Positions 35,036 to 44,806 of a DNA stretch of 58,636 bases are shown here, in pieces (position 1 is the first letter of the stretch; each line of letters begins with the position of its first letter). The DNA is from Candidatus Cloacimonadota bacterium (GTDB taxonomy: Bacteria > Cloacimonadota > Cloacimonadia > Cloacimonadales > Cloacimonadaceae): NCBI GenBank assembly GCA_029982875.1, contig JARRCD010000001.1, positions 1 to 58,636 of the forward strand, in the 5' to 3' direction. The notes below the pieces were generated by a model. The model did not search any database. It was not told the origin of the DNA and saw only the letters and a program-made list of their open reading frames with translations. A program made the translations under genes and the position numbers.

Positions 35036-35662
35036 ATGTTAAAAATCGAAGTTTATCACCTCCTCCCCGCTTTTCAGACCAATACCTGGCTCATGTGGGA
35101 TGATCAAAGCAAGGACGCAATTCTCGTTGATCCCGCTGCTCCGGATAGTTCTTTAAAAAAGCAAATAAAGGAACAAAAGCTGGTGCTGCGCTATATTGTA
35201 AATACTCACGGACATGGAGATCATATCGGTGGCAATACTTATTTCAAGACAGCTTTTAACTGCCCCTTACTGATCCATGAAGCAGATGCTAAGATGCTGA
35301 TTGACAATAAAAAGAACCTCAGTGAATTTATGGGATCGCCTATTTTATCCACTCCTGCAGATAGGCTTCTTAAAGATGGAGATAGCATAGCATTGGGCAG
35401 TCATCAAATCACCGTAATCCATACTCCCGGTCATACTCCCGGAGGGATATGTCTTTGGGTGGATAAGTACTTGATCTCCGGCGATACTTTATTCGAATTG
35501 AGTATTGGGCGCACCGATTTCCCTGGTGGAAGCCATGAACAAATCATCGATTCTATCAAGCGGAAACTCTTTGTCCTGCCTGATGATACTGTGATCTTTC
35601 CGGGACACGGTCCGCGCAGCTCCATCGGTATGGAAAAATTGAACAACCCCTTTGTGAGATAA
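35036..35662 (+). CDS. MBL-fold metallo-hydrolase (glyoxalase II-like)
   Basis: [12 protein letters not shown] metal motif. [19 protein letters not shown]. 208 aa. Confidence 0.85.
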   Translation: MLKIEVYHLLPAFQTNTWLMWDDQSKDAILVDPAAPDSSLKKQIKEQKLVLRYIVNTHGHGDHIGGNTYFKTAFNCPLLIHEADAKMLIDNKKNLSEFMGSPILSTPADRLLKDGDSIALGSHQITVIHTPGHTPGGICLWVDKYLISGDTLFELSIGRTDFPGGSHEQIIDSIKRKLFVLPDDTVIFPGHGPRSSIGMEKLNNPFVR

Positions 35663-35667
35663 AGATC

Positions 35668-37203
35668 ATGCACAATACCGTCCTAATCCTCGATTTTGGT
35701 TCACAGTATACCCAATTGATCGCTCGCCGCATCCGGGAAGCTGGAGTATATTGCGAGATTCATCCCTTTAACATCTCCATTGAGCAGATTAAATCTCTGG
35801 ATCCTAAGGCCTTGATCCTCTCCGGTAGCCCTTTTTCCGTATCTGATCAGAATGCCCCGAAGCCTTCCCCCGCGATTTGGGAATCAGGACTACCAATCTT
35901 GGGCATCTGCTACGGGATGCAATTAATAGCGGAACACTTTAAGGCAAAGGTAGCTCCCGCTGCAAAACGAGAATACGGTAGAGCAGAGCTGCTGGTCAAA
36001 AGTGATAGTCCCTTGTTTAAAGGTATCCAGCAGCACTCTCAAATATGGATGAGTCACGCCGACAGAGTGGAAGAATTACCAGAGACACTGGAGGTTTTGG
36101 CGGCTACTTCAAATTCCGATCATGCAGCATTTAAGCATCGTAAGCTCCCGATTTATGCCCTGCAATTTCATCCCGAAGTACACCACAGCCTCTGCGGCGA
36201 ACAAATCCTGACGAATTTTCTCTTTGATATAGCAAAGCTAACAGCAGATTGGACTGCTGGATCTTTTATCTCGGAGAGCATCAGCCGAATCAGGGAATTG
36301 GTGGGAAATGATCGCGTGATTCTCGGGCTTAGCGGTGGGGTGGATTCTTCGGTGGCGGCAGCCTTGCTGTATCAAGCTATAGGCGAGAGATTGATCCCCA
36401 TCTTTGTAGATACGGGAATGATGCGCTTTGAAGAAGCAAACCGGGTGAAGGAGATGTTCAAAGCATACTCCTCCCTCAAGATTGATTTTGTAGACGCCTC
36501 TTCCCTCTTTCTCTCCCGCTTGCAGGGTATCGTCGATCCCGAAGATAAGCGCAAGATAATTGGCGCAACCTTTATCGAGGTCTTTGAGGCAGAAGCGGCA
36601 AAATTTCCCGATGCCGGATTTTTGGCACAGGGTACCTTGTATCCAGATGTGATAGAAAGCGTTTCTTTTGCCGGTCCTTCAGTTACGATCAAGAGCCATC
36701 ACAATGTGGGAGGCTTGCCCAAAAGAATGAAATTGAAGCTCATCGAACCACTGCGGGAGCTCTTTAAGGATGAAGTGCGCAAGGTAGGGGTTGCCCTCAA
36801 TCTGCCGCAAGAGCTCGTAAAGCGTCACCCCTTCCCCGGCCCCGGATTAGCAGTTAGAATCTTGGGCGAAGTCGATGAAGCCCAAGTGAAACTCCTGCAA
36901 TTGGCAGATGAAATCTTTATCAGCGAATTGCATAAGCACCAGCTTTACGATAGCACCTGGCAAGCTTTTGCCGTACTTCTACCGATCAATAGCGTGGGCG
37001 TGATGGGAGATGAACGCACCTACGAGCAAGTGTGCGCACTCCGGGCGGTAAATAGCGTTGATGGCATGACCGCCGAGGTCACTGAGCTGCCCTTTGACTT
37101 TCTCAAGCAGGTAGCAAACCGCATTTGCAATGAAGTAAAGGGAATCTCGCGTGTGGTTTACGACATCAGCTCCAAACCCCCAGCCACCATCGAATGGGAG
37201 TAA
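35668..37203 (+). CDS. guaA: GMP synthase (glutamine-hydrolysing)
   Basis: GATase [10 protein letters not shown] and FHPEV. PP-loop [11 protein letters not shown]-terminal dimerisation domain ending PPATIEWE. Confidence 0.95.
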   Translation: MHNTVLILDFGSQYTQLIARRIREAGVYCEIHPFNISIEQIKSLDPKALILSGSPFSVSDQNAPKPSPAIWESGLPILGICYGMQLIAEHFKAKVAPAAKREYGRAELLVKSDSPLFKGIQQHSQIWMSHADRVEELPETLEVLAATSNSDHAAFKHRKLPIYALQFHPEVHHSLCGEQILTNFLFDIAKLTADWTAGSFISESISRIRELVGNDRVILGLSGGVDSSVAAALLYQAIGERLIPIFVDTGMMRFEEANRVKEMFKAYSSLKIDFVDASSLFLSRLQGIVDPEDKRKIIGATFIEVFEAEAAKFPDAGFLAQGTLYPDVIESVSFAGPSVTIKSHHNVGGLPKRMKLKLIEPLRELFKDEVRKVGVALNLPQELVKRHPFPGPGLAVRILGEVDEAQVKLLQLADEIFISELHKHQLYDSTWQAFAVLLPINSVGVMGDERTYEQVCALRAVNSVDGMTAEVTELPFDFLKQVANRICNEVKGISRVVYDISSKPPATIEWE

Positions 37204-38280
37204 TCAGAGAATAAAGCCAGCGCCCAAGACCCGATCAGAATCATAAAAGGCTATTACTTGTCCAGGTGTAATGGCGGATACGGCGGTATGGAACTTCACA
37301 TAATAACTACCATCCGGCATTCTTTCCACCGTACAAGCCTGGGGTTCCTGGGCCAGTCTGATCTTGGCAAAGCAAGTAAACCTGCCTTGAGGCTCAGCGA
37401 TCGATACCCAATTTAGAGCATGAGCATACAGGGTATCTTTAAATAGCTCTCTTGGGGGACCGATTATCACACGATTGTGCTCCGGATCTATCCCAATCAC
37501 ATATTGAGCCTCCGGAAATCCTGCCAGTTCCAAACCCTTCCTCTGACCGATAGTATAGTGAATGAGACCCTTATGCTTTCCCAAAACCTCCAGCTTGCTA
37601 TTCACAAAATCACCGGGCTCGGAGTTATAGCCCTTGAACAGTGCACTGGAATCATTGCTCTCCAAAAAGTCCTGACTTTCCTTCTTTTTGATCAGGTAAT
37701 CATATCCCCGCTTTCGGGCAAATTCTTTGATTTCGCTTTTCAGCATGGAGCCCAGCGGGAAAAGACTATGAGCTAATTGCTCTTGTGAGAGCATACTGAG
37801 GAAGTAGGATTGATCTTTCCGGGAATCTGCTGCTTTGTGCAATTGCCAGCGTTGAGCTTTATCGTCATAACTGATCCGAGCGTAATGCCCGGTAGCAAAA
37901 CGGTCAAACACGATCCCCATTGCTGCTGCCTTCCGCGGCAAGGCGCCAAATTTGATCTGTCTATTGCAAATCACGCAGGGATTTGGCGTTTTACCTTGTA
38001 GATAGGTATCCCTGTAGTAGGTTAGCACATCGGAGGCAAATTCATCCTCCAGAGGGATGATGTGATGTTCTATCCCCAGCCTTTTTGCCGCAGCAGTAGC
38101 TTCGCTAAGGACCTGAGGCTCAGAGGGACCAAAACAACCTCGTTTATCAGCACTATTGATACCACTATCCGGAGTCCATTTGGCCATTGTGATGCCTATC
38201 ACTTCATGACCTGCTTCCAGTAGCATAAGGGCACACATTGTGCTATCCACACCGCCACTCATTCCCAGTGCGATCTTCAT
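37204..38280 (-). CDS. mnmA: tRNA 2-thiouridine(34) synthase MnmA
   Basis: GMSGGVDSTM PP-loop. TPNPCVICNRQIKFG. ATGHYAR. DQSYFL. 358 aa. The start overlaps the upstream stop (ATGA). Confidence 0.95.
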   Translation of the reverse strand: MKIALGMSGGVDSTMCALMLLEAGHEVIGITMAKWTPDSGINSADKRGCFGPSEPQVLSEATAAAKRLGIEHHIIPLEDEFASDVLTYYRDTYLQGKTPNPCVICNRQIKFGALPRKAAAMGIVFDRFATGHYARISYDDKAQRWQLHKAADSRKDQSYFLSMLSQEQLAHSLFPLGSMLKSEIKEFARKRGYDYLIKKKESQDFLESNDSSALFKGYNSEPGDFVNSKLEVLGKHKGLIHYTIGQRKGLELAGFPEAQYVIGIDPEHNRVIIGPPRELFKDTLYAHALNWVSIAEPQGRFTCFAKIRLAQEPQACTVERMPDGSYYVKFHTAVSAITPGQVIAFYDSDRVLGAGFIL

Positions 38281-39251
38281 GCATGAACCTCAAAAAAGCT
38301 CTCCAGCCTCAAAATGGTGCGGGAATCAAGCTTCTCAGGCAATTCTCCTTCCAGATTGAGAAAAGGAAGATCGATATGCTTTTTGAGCAGCAAATTATCA
38401 ATCTGGAGATGACAAAAAGCTTGGGTATAGCTAATGATGGCATTCAATCTGCGCCTGCGGATTTCCTGCTTAATGTCTTTGAGTCTATCCAGCACACTAT
38501 AAGGATAGGTATAGACCAGATATTGTTCTACGATATCCGGGATAAGATAAGGCATAGCGAATTGACGCTGAATCTCGTTAAAGAGCACATCTCCGCCCAA
38601 GTTCGAGATATTGTCATACAGATCTCTGAAGATGGGTGGCACCCCCAGATATCCCAATCTAAGCCGGGTAGGCAGGGGTTTCGCAGATTGTGCCCGCTTA
38701 AGATATTCATCCAGCTCGTTTTCATAGCGCTGAGGATCGGATTGAAAGTCTGAGGCATTAACCAGCCAGAGATGATTATCGCCGCCTGATACTTTGCGCT
38801 CTTCATAGCAGAGACGATCCATCTCCACCAGTTTTTTGCGAATCGAATCAAGCCAAGCTTTAGCTTCCAGAGTTTGTTTGCGGCTCACGCCCAAGTGCTC
38901 TTCCAGGCGGGATATCTCCGCATCCATAGCGCCGTAATCAGGCTGAGCTGGAAAGGAAAACTTATAGATCGCTATTCCCTCTTCTGCGATCATCTCCAAG
39001 AGTGAATTGGAATTTGAGCAATCTCCCTGCACGATCCCGATTACCTCATCCAGATCGGAGCTCAAAGCGGCGGAGTAATTTCCCTTGATCCATGAGCATA
39101 AGCTCCGCGGAAAGCCCTTGAGCTCAGCTTCATGAATAAGCTGCTCAGAATCCCGAGAGAGGAAGATGTTATTCAGGTCAATCGGGATATGACCCGCCGC
39201 CAAGAGTACCTCCACGGGCAGAGTAGTGGTAAAACCTATGCGTTTACTCAT
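38277..39251 (-). CDS. 2-hydroxyacyl-CoA dehydratase (HgdB/BcrC) family protein, stand-alone
   Basis: The start is set at ATG 39251 (MSKRIGFTTTLPVEVLLAAGHIPIDLNN), overlapping the ABC-F stop by 8 nt (ATGAGTAA). There are conserved-looking Cys residues (LCSWIKG, GDCSNS, AFCHLQ). Family assignment is from motif memory only. Confidence 0.6.
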   Translation of the reverse strand: MSKRIGFTTTLPVEVLLAAGHIPIDLNNIFLSRDSEQLIHEAELKGFPRSLCSWIKGNYSAALSSDLDEVIGIVQGDCSNSNSLLEMIAEEGIAIYKFSFPAQPDYGAMDAEISRLEEHLGVSRKQTLEAKAWLDSIRKKLVEMDRLCYEERKVSGGDNHLWLVNASDFQSDPQRYENELDEYLKRAQSAKPLPTRLRLGYLGVPPIFRDLYDNISNLGGDVLFNEIQRQFAMPYLIPDIVEQYLVYTYPYSVLDRLKDIKQEIRRRRLNAIISYTQAFCHLQIDNLLLKKHIDLPFLNLEGELPEKLDSRTILRLESFFEVHA

Positions 39252-41157
39252 CACACACCAGCAATAGATATTCATCTTCCAAGCCCAGCACTTTCTCATC
39301 GATATCCGCACAGCGCGCCTGGATGATGCGCTCTTCTTCATTCAGCTTTTTGACCATCGAGCTATCACTATAGGTAGTGGAATCTGCCAGCCTGCCATGA
39401 ATCTCATTTAAGCGCCGCAGCCGCTCTACTTTCTCATCCTGCAAAGCATTGAGCTCGTTTTGAATCTGTTCCAGAAGCCAGGGATTGGTCTTACGTTTTT
39501 TGGGTTTTGCGGTCGCAGGTTTGTGCTTGGGAAGCTCGGGTTCGCTGAAGGCCAGTTCTATCGCAGCCTCTGCATCAAGATCCGGTTCTTCAATGGTATT
39601 GATGATGCTATTTCCCTGAATCCTTCTGGTAAATACCCAGTATTTATGCGCCAAAGAGCTGATAAAATGACGATCATGAGAGACGAAGATGATGGTGCCA
39701 TCAAAATCCTGCAATGCCTCCAAAAGGGCGTCGTGCATAGAAATATCCAGATGATTGGTGGGTTCGTCCAAGATCAATAGATTGGGCTTTTCGTGGATCA
39801 AGACACTGAGATATAACCGTGATTTTTCGCCTCCGGATAAGACCGCAACCTGCTTATCTACATCATCTCCGCGAAAGCCAAATCTTGCCAGCCAGCTCAA
39901 CACATAACCCTGGGGCTCAGCGGGAACTATGTTCCATAGCGTTTGCATAACAGTGAGGTTTTCATCCAATTCGCACTGATGCTGATCATAATATGCCACC
40001 TTGAGACTGGCTCCGGTATAGAGATGCCCCGAAAGAATGCCATGCTTGCCAATCAGGAGCTTCATCAAGGTAGATTTACCACAACCATTGGGGCCGATCA
40101 CGGCTATGCGCTCCTGCCAATATGCGGCGATATTAACGTCTTGGGCCAAGAGCAAATCAGATCCAATCCCAAAACTAACATCCTGGAAGCGATAGACATC
40201 ATTGCCACTGCGGGCAGAGGTCTTGATCTTAAGTTGCACCTGTTTCCCGGCATTTGGTTTTGCTATCACCTCCATTTTTTCCAGCATTTTCAAACGCGAT
40301 TTTGCCTGTTTGGTTTTTTGCCCGGCCATATTCTTTTGAATAAAAGCCTCTGTTTCTGAGATAAAGCGCTGTTGTCGCTCAAACTGCCGCTGTTGACTCA
40401 TCATGGCTATCTGTCTGGCTTCATAGTATGAACTATAATTACCCTTGGTAATATTTAGTTTGCCGTTTTCAATAGCATAGATACTGCGGGCAATGTTATC
40501 CAAAAAAACTCTGTCGTGAGAGACAACCAGGTAAGGCTTGGTATTTTCGCTAAGATATTTCTCCAGCCATCGGATCATGGCGATATCCAGATGATTAGTA
40601 GGTTCGTCCAGGATCAAAAGATCATATCTGCACAGCAAAAGGTATGCCAGACAGATCCGGGTTTGTTCTCCCCCGCTAAAATCACCTATGCGCTTGTGCC
40701 ACACCGTCTCTGGAAATCCTAAAGATTGGAGTACAAAGCTGATTTCATTTTCATGTTCAAAGGCTCCGACCTGATGCATTTTCTCTATTACGGCATTGAG
40801 TTCTTTGTGAATGGCATCATCATCTTTCTCTCTCAGCCGTGTTGATAAAGCCTCCATGCGATGTTTGAGATTCCGAATATCCGCGCGCGCCATCTCTGCA
40901 TAGCCTATTAAAGTCAATTCCGGTTCCAAGGTAGCATTTTGCTCAAGATAGGCGATCTTGCAGCCTTTTGCCTTGATCACCTTACCCTCAGTAGGACGCA
41001 AAACTCCTTGGATCATTTTGATCAGCGTGGTTTTCCCGCTGCCATTTGATCCAATCAAGCCGATGCGGCTATTATGTTCGATCGTGCAATTGATGTCTTT
41101 CAGGATGTACTTTCCGGAAAATTCTATCCCCAGATCGATACATTGGATAAGGCTCAT
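39244..41157 (-). CDS. ABC-F family ATPase (translation factor type, Uup/EttA-like)
   Basis: Two ABC cassettes: GSNGSGKTT/LSGGEQTR/LILDEPTNHLD and GPNGCGKST/LSGGEKSR/LILDEPTNHLD. No TM domain. Coiled-coil C-terminal tail. GGAGGA SD. Confidence 0.9.
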   Translation of the reverse strand: MSLIQCIDLGIEFSGKYILKDINCTIEHNSRIGLIGSNGSGKTTLIKMIQGVLRPTEGKVIKAKGCKIAYLEQNATLEPELTLIGYAEMARADIRNLKHRMEALSTRLREKDDDAIHKELNAVIEKMHQVGAFEHENEISFVLQSLGFPETVWHKRIGDFSGGEQTRICLAYLLLCRYDLLILDEPTNHLDIAMIRWLEKYLSENTKPYLVVSHDRVFLDNIARSIYAIENGKLNITKGNYSSYYEARQIAMMSQQRQFERQQRFISETEAFIQKNMAGQKTKQAKSRLKMLEKMEVIAKPNAGKQVQLKIKTSARSGNDVYRFQDVSFGIGSDLLLAQDVNIAAYWQERIAVIGPNGCGKSTLMKLLIGKHGILSGHLYTGASLKVAYYDQHQCELDENLTVMQTLWNIVPAEPQGYVLSWLARFGFRGDDVDKQVAVLSGGEKSRLYLSVLIHEKPNLLILDEPTNHLDISMHDALLEALQDFDGTIIFVSHDRHFISSLAHKYWVFTRRIQGNSIINTIEEPDLDAEAAIELAFSEPELPKHKPATAKPKKRKTNPWLLEQIQNELNALQDEKVERLRRLNEIHGRLADSTTYSDSSMVKKLNEEERIIQARCADIDEKVLGLEDEYLLLVCDE

Positions 41158-41281
41158 TCTTCATCCTCCATTTAGGATCAGATGTGCAATAAATCATACT
41201 GGGGGATACTGTCAAACAGATTTTTCCCGCAATTGCTCAAACCGGCTCTTGCCCTAAAAACACGACCAAATTTTGCCCAGA

Positions 41282-41306
41282 TAAAAAGCCGGTATGAAAA
41301 CCGGCT
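41282..41306 (-). terminator. intrinsic terminator after the thioredoxin-like gene
   Basis: On the - strand: AGCCGGT-tttcat-ACCGGCT followed by TTTTTAT. Confidence 0.7.
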
Positions 41307-41328
41307 TTATCCCAAGTTCAAGCAAGAC

Positions 41329-41853
41329 TCAGTTCTGCTCAAGTAGCTGCTGTAAATGTTTTACATAGCTACTGACTCCACCTCTTTGGTATCCGGTGCG
41401 GGCAATTTCTTTTCCCTCGCCATTTAGCAACAGAATGGTAGGAAAACCTTGCACACCGAATTCTTGCAGGAGATCGTTATTCTGTTTTTTGAGCTCATCA
41501 CTTTGTTTGATCTCGCGGGGAAAATCAAGCTTCAACATAATCAAGTTGTCTTTTGCATAGCTTTGAAATTCCTCCTGAGAAAAGACTTCATCTTTCAAAC
41601 GCATACACCATACGCACCAATCTGAACCGGTGAAGTTTACCAAAATCGGACGCTGCATTTCTTGGGCTGCAGAGATAGCAGTTTCCCAATCTTCAGTCCA
41701 GCTTCCAGGTTCATAGGCGGGAATAGCTTCTGCATTGTCTGTGGAAGTTACCTCGGTTTGGGTATCAGAGTTATTCTCCGCATTTTGGGGAGGGGGAGAA
41801 CAGCTCAATACCGCTACCATCGAGGCAAGTATGACTATCAATAAATATCTCAT
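41329..41853 (-). CDS. thioredoxin-fold lipoprotein (Thioredoxin_7-like, WCxWC)
   Basis: Lipoprotein signal MRYLLIVILASMVAVLSCS. Redox motif FTGSDWCVWCMRL. 174 aa. The start overlaps the osmC stop by 4 nt. Confidence 0.75.
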   Translation of the reverse strand: MRYLLIVILASMVAVLSCSPPPQNAENNSDTQTEVTSTDNAEAIPAYEPGSWTEDWETAISAAQEMQRPILVNFTGSDWCVWCMRLKDEVFSQEEFQSYAKDNLIMLKLDFPREIKQSDELKKQNNDLLQEFGVQGFPTILLLNGEGKEIARTGYQRGGVSSYVKHLQQLLEQN

Positions 41854-42281
41854 ATAGCTACCTCACTATCGTTGATAAAGACTTTGATAATAATCTTTGC
41901 CGATTGCCTTAACATCTCGCTTACACCACAGTACTTCTCATTTGTAAGCTTTACAGCTTTTACAATCTTATCTTCCGGTAGATTCTTTCCGGCAAATTTG
42001 AAGCTTACGGTAATAGTATGATAGTGTTTCGGGTGTTCTTCGGTTTGGATTCCAGTAGCTTCCATCATCAAGGAATAATCCTCCACCTTCATCTTGTTTA
42101 AGATGGATACGATATCCATGCCAGAACAACCCGTCAGAGCTGTTAAAAGCAAAGCTTTGGGACGCGGCCCTGCATCATGTCCACCATATTGACTATCGCT
42201 GTCGAGCGTAACATGATGTCCGGAGACTAAAGAGTCAAAACTCAAATCTCCTATCCATTTTGTGACTACTGTATCTGCCAT
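41850..42281 (-). CDS. OsmC-family peroxiredoxin
   Basis: 143 aa. Two conserved Cys in LTGCSGMD and EKYCGVSEM, typical of OsmC/YhfA-type proteins. Confidence 0.8.
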   Translation of the reverse strand: MADTVVTKWIGDLSFDSLVSGHHVTLDSDSQYGGHDAGPRPKALLLTALTGCSGMDIVSILNKMKVEDYSLMMEATGIQTEEHPKHYHTITVSFKFAGKNLPEDKIVKAVKLTNEKYCGVSEMLRQSAKIIIKVFINDSEVAI

Positions 42282-42282
42282 A

Positions 42283-42738
42283 TCAGAGATCGATATATGT
42301 TTCTTTGAGGACTTCTTCGTATTTTTCTACGTATTTTTTGAATGCTTCATACACATCATCGAGCTCCTGCTGAGGGATTTTCTCAATCAAGCTCTGCTGC
42401 TGATCCAAAACAGTCTTCCGGCTATTCTCGGCAAGCTTTTTACCTTTTTCGGTAATAATGGCAAACCAGCAGCGGCGATCGTCTTCACTCGGACGACGGG
42501 TAACCAGCTTCTTATTGACTAAATTGTCCATAATCCGGGTTACCCGGCTATGGGATACATTCAGAACTCTCGCCAGTTCATTCATATTCGCAGGCTTCTT
42601 TGTGTCGTAGAGGTGGTTGAGCAACATACACTCCATGCGCCCGGCCTGTAAGCATGCTTTTTGAGCATAGTCAAATTCACTTAAAACCACCTGTAAACGG
42701 GTGATCAGATCGTGGAATTTTTCGGGATAGTTTGTCAT
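42283..42738 (-). CDS. MarR-family transcriptional regulator
   Basis: Winged-helix core MNELARVLNVSHSRVTRIMDNLVNKKLVTRRPSEDDRR. 151 aa. AAGGAG SD. Confidence 0.8.
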   Translation of the reverse strand: MTNYPEKFHDLITRLQVVLSEFDYAQKACLQAGRMECMLLNHLYDTKKPANMNELARVLNVSHSRVTRIMDNLVNKKLVTRRPSEDDRRCWFAIITEKGKKLAENSRKTVLDQQQSLIEKIPQQELDDVYEAFKKYVEKYEEVLKETYIDL

Positions 42739-42754
42739 GGTTTTCTCCTTTTTA

Positions 42755-42997
42755 TCATCGTTTTATTCCCAGCAAACGGTCCAGCTTTGCTTTGTCAAAA
42801 CCGACTACAGGTTGATTGTCTATCCAAGTCTGTGGAACTCCCTGCTGTCCGGTTTTGCGGATCATATCTGCCAATGCATGCGCATCCTTTGACACATCCA
42901 CGTCTTTGAAGGCAAAGCCATTTGATTTTAGATATTCTTTTACTTTTTTACACCATGAACAAGTTGGTGTACCAAAGACAATTACTTTGGGTTTCAT
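42755..42997 (-). CDS. glutaredoxin/NrdH-like small redox protein
   Basis: The start is set at ATG 42997 (AAGGAG SD 8 nt upstream) rather than the long-ORF start at 43069. MKPKVIVFGTPTCSWCKKVKEYL has a CxxC motif. GVPQTWID. 80 aa. Confidence 0.75.
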   Translation of the reverse strand: MKPKVIVFGTPTCSWCKKVKEYLKSNGFAFKDVDVSKDAHALADMIRKTGQQGVPQTWIDNQPVVGFDKAKLDRLLGIKR

Positions 42998-43262
42998 GAT
43001 TTCTACTCCTTCAATCATAGTATAGAGCAATTGTTCTTTGACACAAGAATTTTTTTTAGTTGCGCGCAACTCGTATCAATAGGTCTTGTTCCCTTGTGAT
43101 AATCTGTATTATTGCTGTGCTGATACTTACCGGGGATTGATATCATTCTCTGCAGCATGCATTGTTTTTTTATATTCAGCTTACGTCACAAAAGTATCTT
43201 ACCGACTGATAGATTCTGCATTCGTGACCGTTTCCCTGACCCAATCTGGATTGGGGATTAAG

Positions 43263-43314
43263 TCCTGATGCTCTCCTGTTCAGGACTTGATCAGGACTTA
43301 AACTCAAGTTCAAA
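43263..43314 (+). repeat. 52-nt intergenic element with tandem 11-mers (copy 2)
   Basis: tcctgatgctctcctgttcaggacttgatcaggacttaaactcaagttcaaa is 48/52 identical to 24612..24663. It lies in the divergent grx/radA promoter region. Confidence 0.8.
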
Positions 43315-43415
43315 TTGAGTTTTAGAAAGCTGAAAGGGCAGTGCAGCAAAAAAATCTTGCCACAATATCGCAGATTTCTATTCTGTCACAAAGAGAATTA
43401 TGCGAGGAGAGGATA

Positions 43416-44750
43416 ATGGCAAGTAATTTTGTCTGTGCCGATTGTGGATATGAATCAACAAAATGGAGTGGTAAATGTCCTAATTGCGGGAGCTGGAGCA
43501 CGATGAAAGAAAGCAGCCGAGTACTGGGAAAGAATTATGCCCAAGCTTCAGTTGGCCCCCGGCGCAAACCTGAAAAATTAGTCAGCATAAAGGCAAAAAC
43601 CGAGAGTAGATTAAATACTGGCAATAAGGAATTGGATTTAGTCTTGGGTGGTGGTATTGTGTCGGGTATGCTGATTTTGATTGGGGGTGAACCGGGGATT
43701 GGCAAGTCCACATTGATGTTGCAACTGGCGCAGTGGTTGGGAGAGAGTGGGAAAAAAGTATTGTATTGCTCCGGAGAAGAAAGTGCAACGCAGATCCATA
43801 TGCGTAGCCGCAGGCTCAAAGTAAACAGCGAAAATATCCTCCTGCTATGCAGTAATGATACCGAACACATCATCGCAGCCATCGAAGAAGAAAAACCAGC
43901 CTTAGCGATTGTAGATAGCATTCAATCTGTGAGTTTATCCACCATCGATTCCATCCCGGGGAGCATTACTCAGCTTAAAGAAAGCACCAATCGTTTGCTT
44001 AGATGCAGCAAAAGTCTGGGCATCCCGATCTTTATGGTGGGGCATGTAACAAAGGAAGGATATGTGGCGGGACCCAAGATCTTGGAGCACATGGTGGATA
44101 CGGTACTCTATTTTGAGGGGGAAACGCGCAATCAATATAAGATCCTGCGTGCGGTAAAGAACCGCTTTGGCTCCACCAATGAGATCGGCCTCTTTGAAAT
44201 GACAAACATGGGATTGATGCAGGTAGATAATCCGAATCTGATCTTTTTGAGCAACGAGCTGGATCAGATTGGGACTTCTATCGGGTGCATCATCGAAGGT
44301 ACGCGCAGCTTCATCGTGGAAGTGCAATCTCTTGCCACCGGCTCAAATTACGGTACTCCCCAAAGAGTAGTTGTGGGTCTGGAGCAAAAAAAGCTTGCCA
44401 TCCTTTTAGCTATTTTGGAGAAGAACCTGTCGCTATATTTGAGAAGCAACGATGTTTTTATCAACCTCGCCGGAGGCATCCGTTCTGCAGACCCCTCTCT
44501 GGATCTGGCTATCATTGCTGCCATCATCAGCAGCTTGAAGGATAAGCCTTTGCCTGAGAATTCCGTATTTATCGGTGAAGTAGGCCTAAATGGAGAGGTG
44601 CGTCCGGTTTCTCAGCTTGAAGCCAGAGTGTCCGAAGCCACCAAACTGGGCTATAGCAAAATCTATGTATCTGGCTTTGCCCGGCTTAAATCCAGCGCTA
44701 AAGTCCAGAAGATCAAGGATATCAAAGCCTTGTATCGGGCTCTGGCATAG
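43416..44750 (+). CDS. radA: DNA repair protein RadA
   Basis: The start is set at ATG 43416 (GAGGAGAGG SD). Zn finger CADCGYESTKWSGKCPNCGSW. Walker A GGEPGIGKST. KNRFG motif. Lon-like C-terminal domain. Confidence 0.95.
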   Translation: MASNFVCADCGYESTKWSGKCPNCGSWSTMKESSRVLGKNYAQASVGPRRKPEKLVSIKAKTESRLNTGNKELDLVLGGGIVSGMLILIGGEPGIGKSTLMLQLAQWLGESGKKVLYCSGEESATQIHMRSRRLKVNSENILLLCSNDTEHIIAAIEEEKPALAIVDSIQSVSLSTIDSIPGSITQLKESTNRLLRCSKSLGIPIFMVGHVTKEGYVAGPKILEHMVDTVLYFEGETRNQYKILRAVKNRFGSTNEIGLFEMTNMGLMQVDNPNLIFLSNELDQIGTSIGCIIEGTRSFIVEVQSLATGSNYGTPQRVVVGLEQKKLAILLAILEKNLSLYLRSNDVFINLAGGIRSADPSLDLAIIAAIISSLKDKPLPENSVFIGEVGLNGEVRPVSQLEARVSEATKLGYSKIYVSGFARLKSSAKVQKIKDIKALYRALA

Positions 44751-44806
44751 ACAGAAGTATTCCGGGCTGTCTTAATCCTCGTATGAATGATCTTTTTTGG
44801 CTCAGC

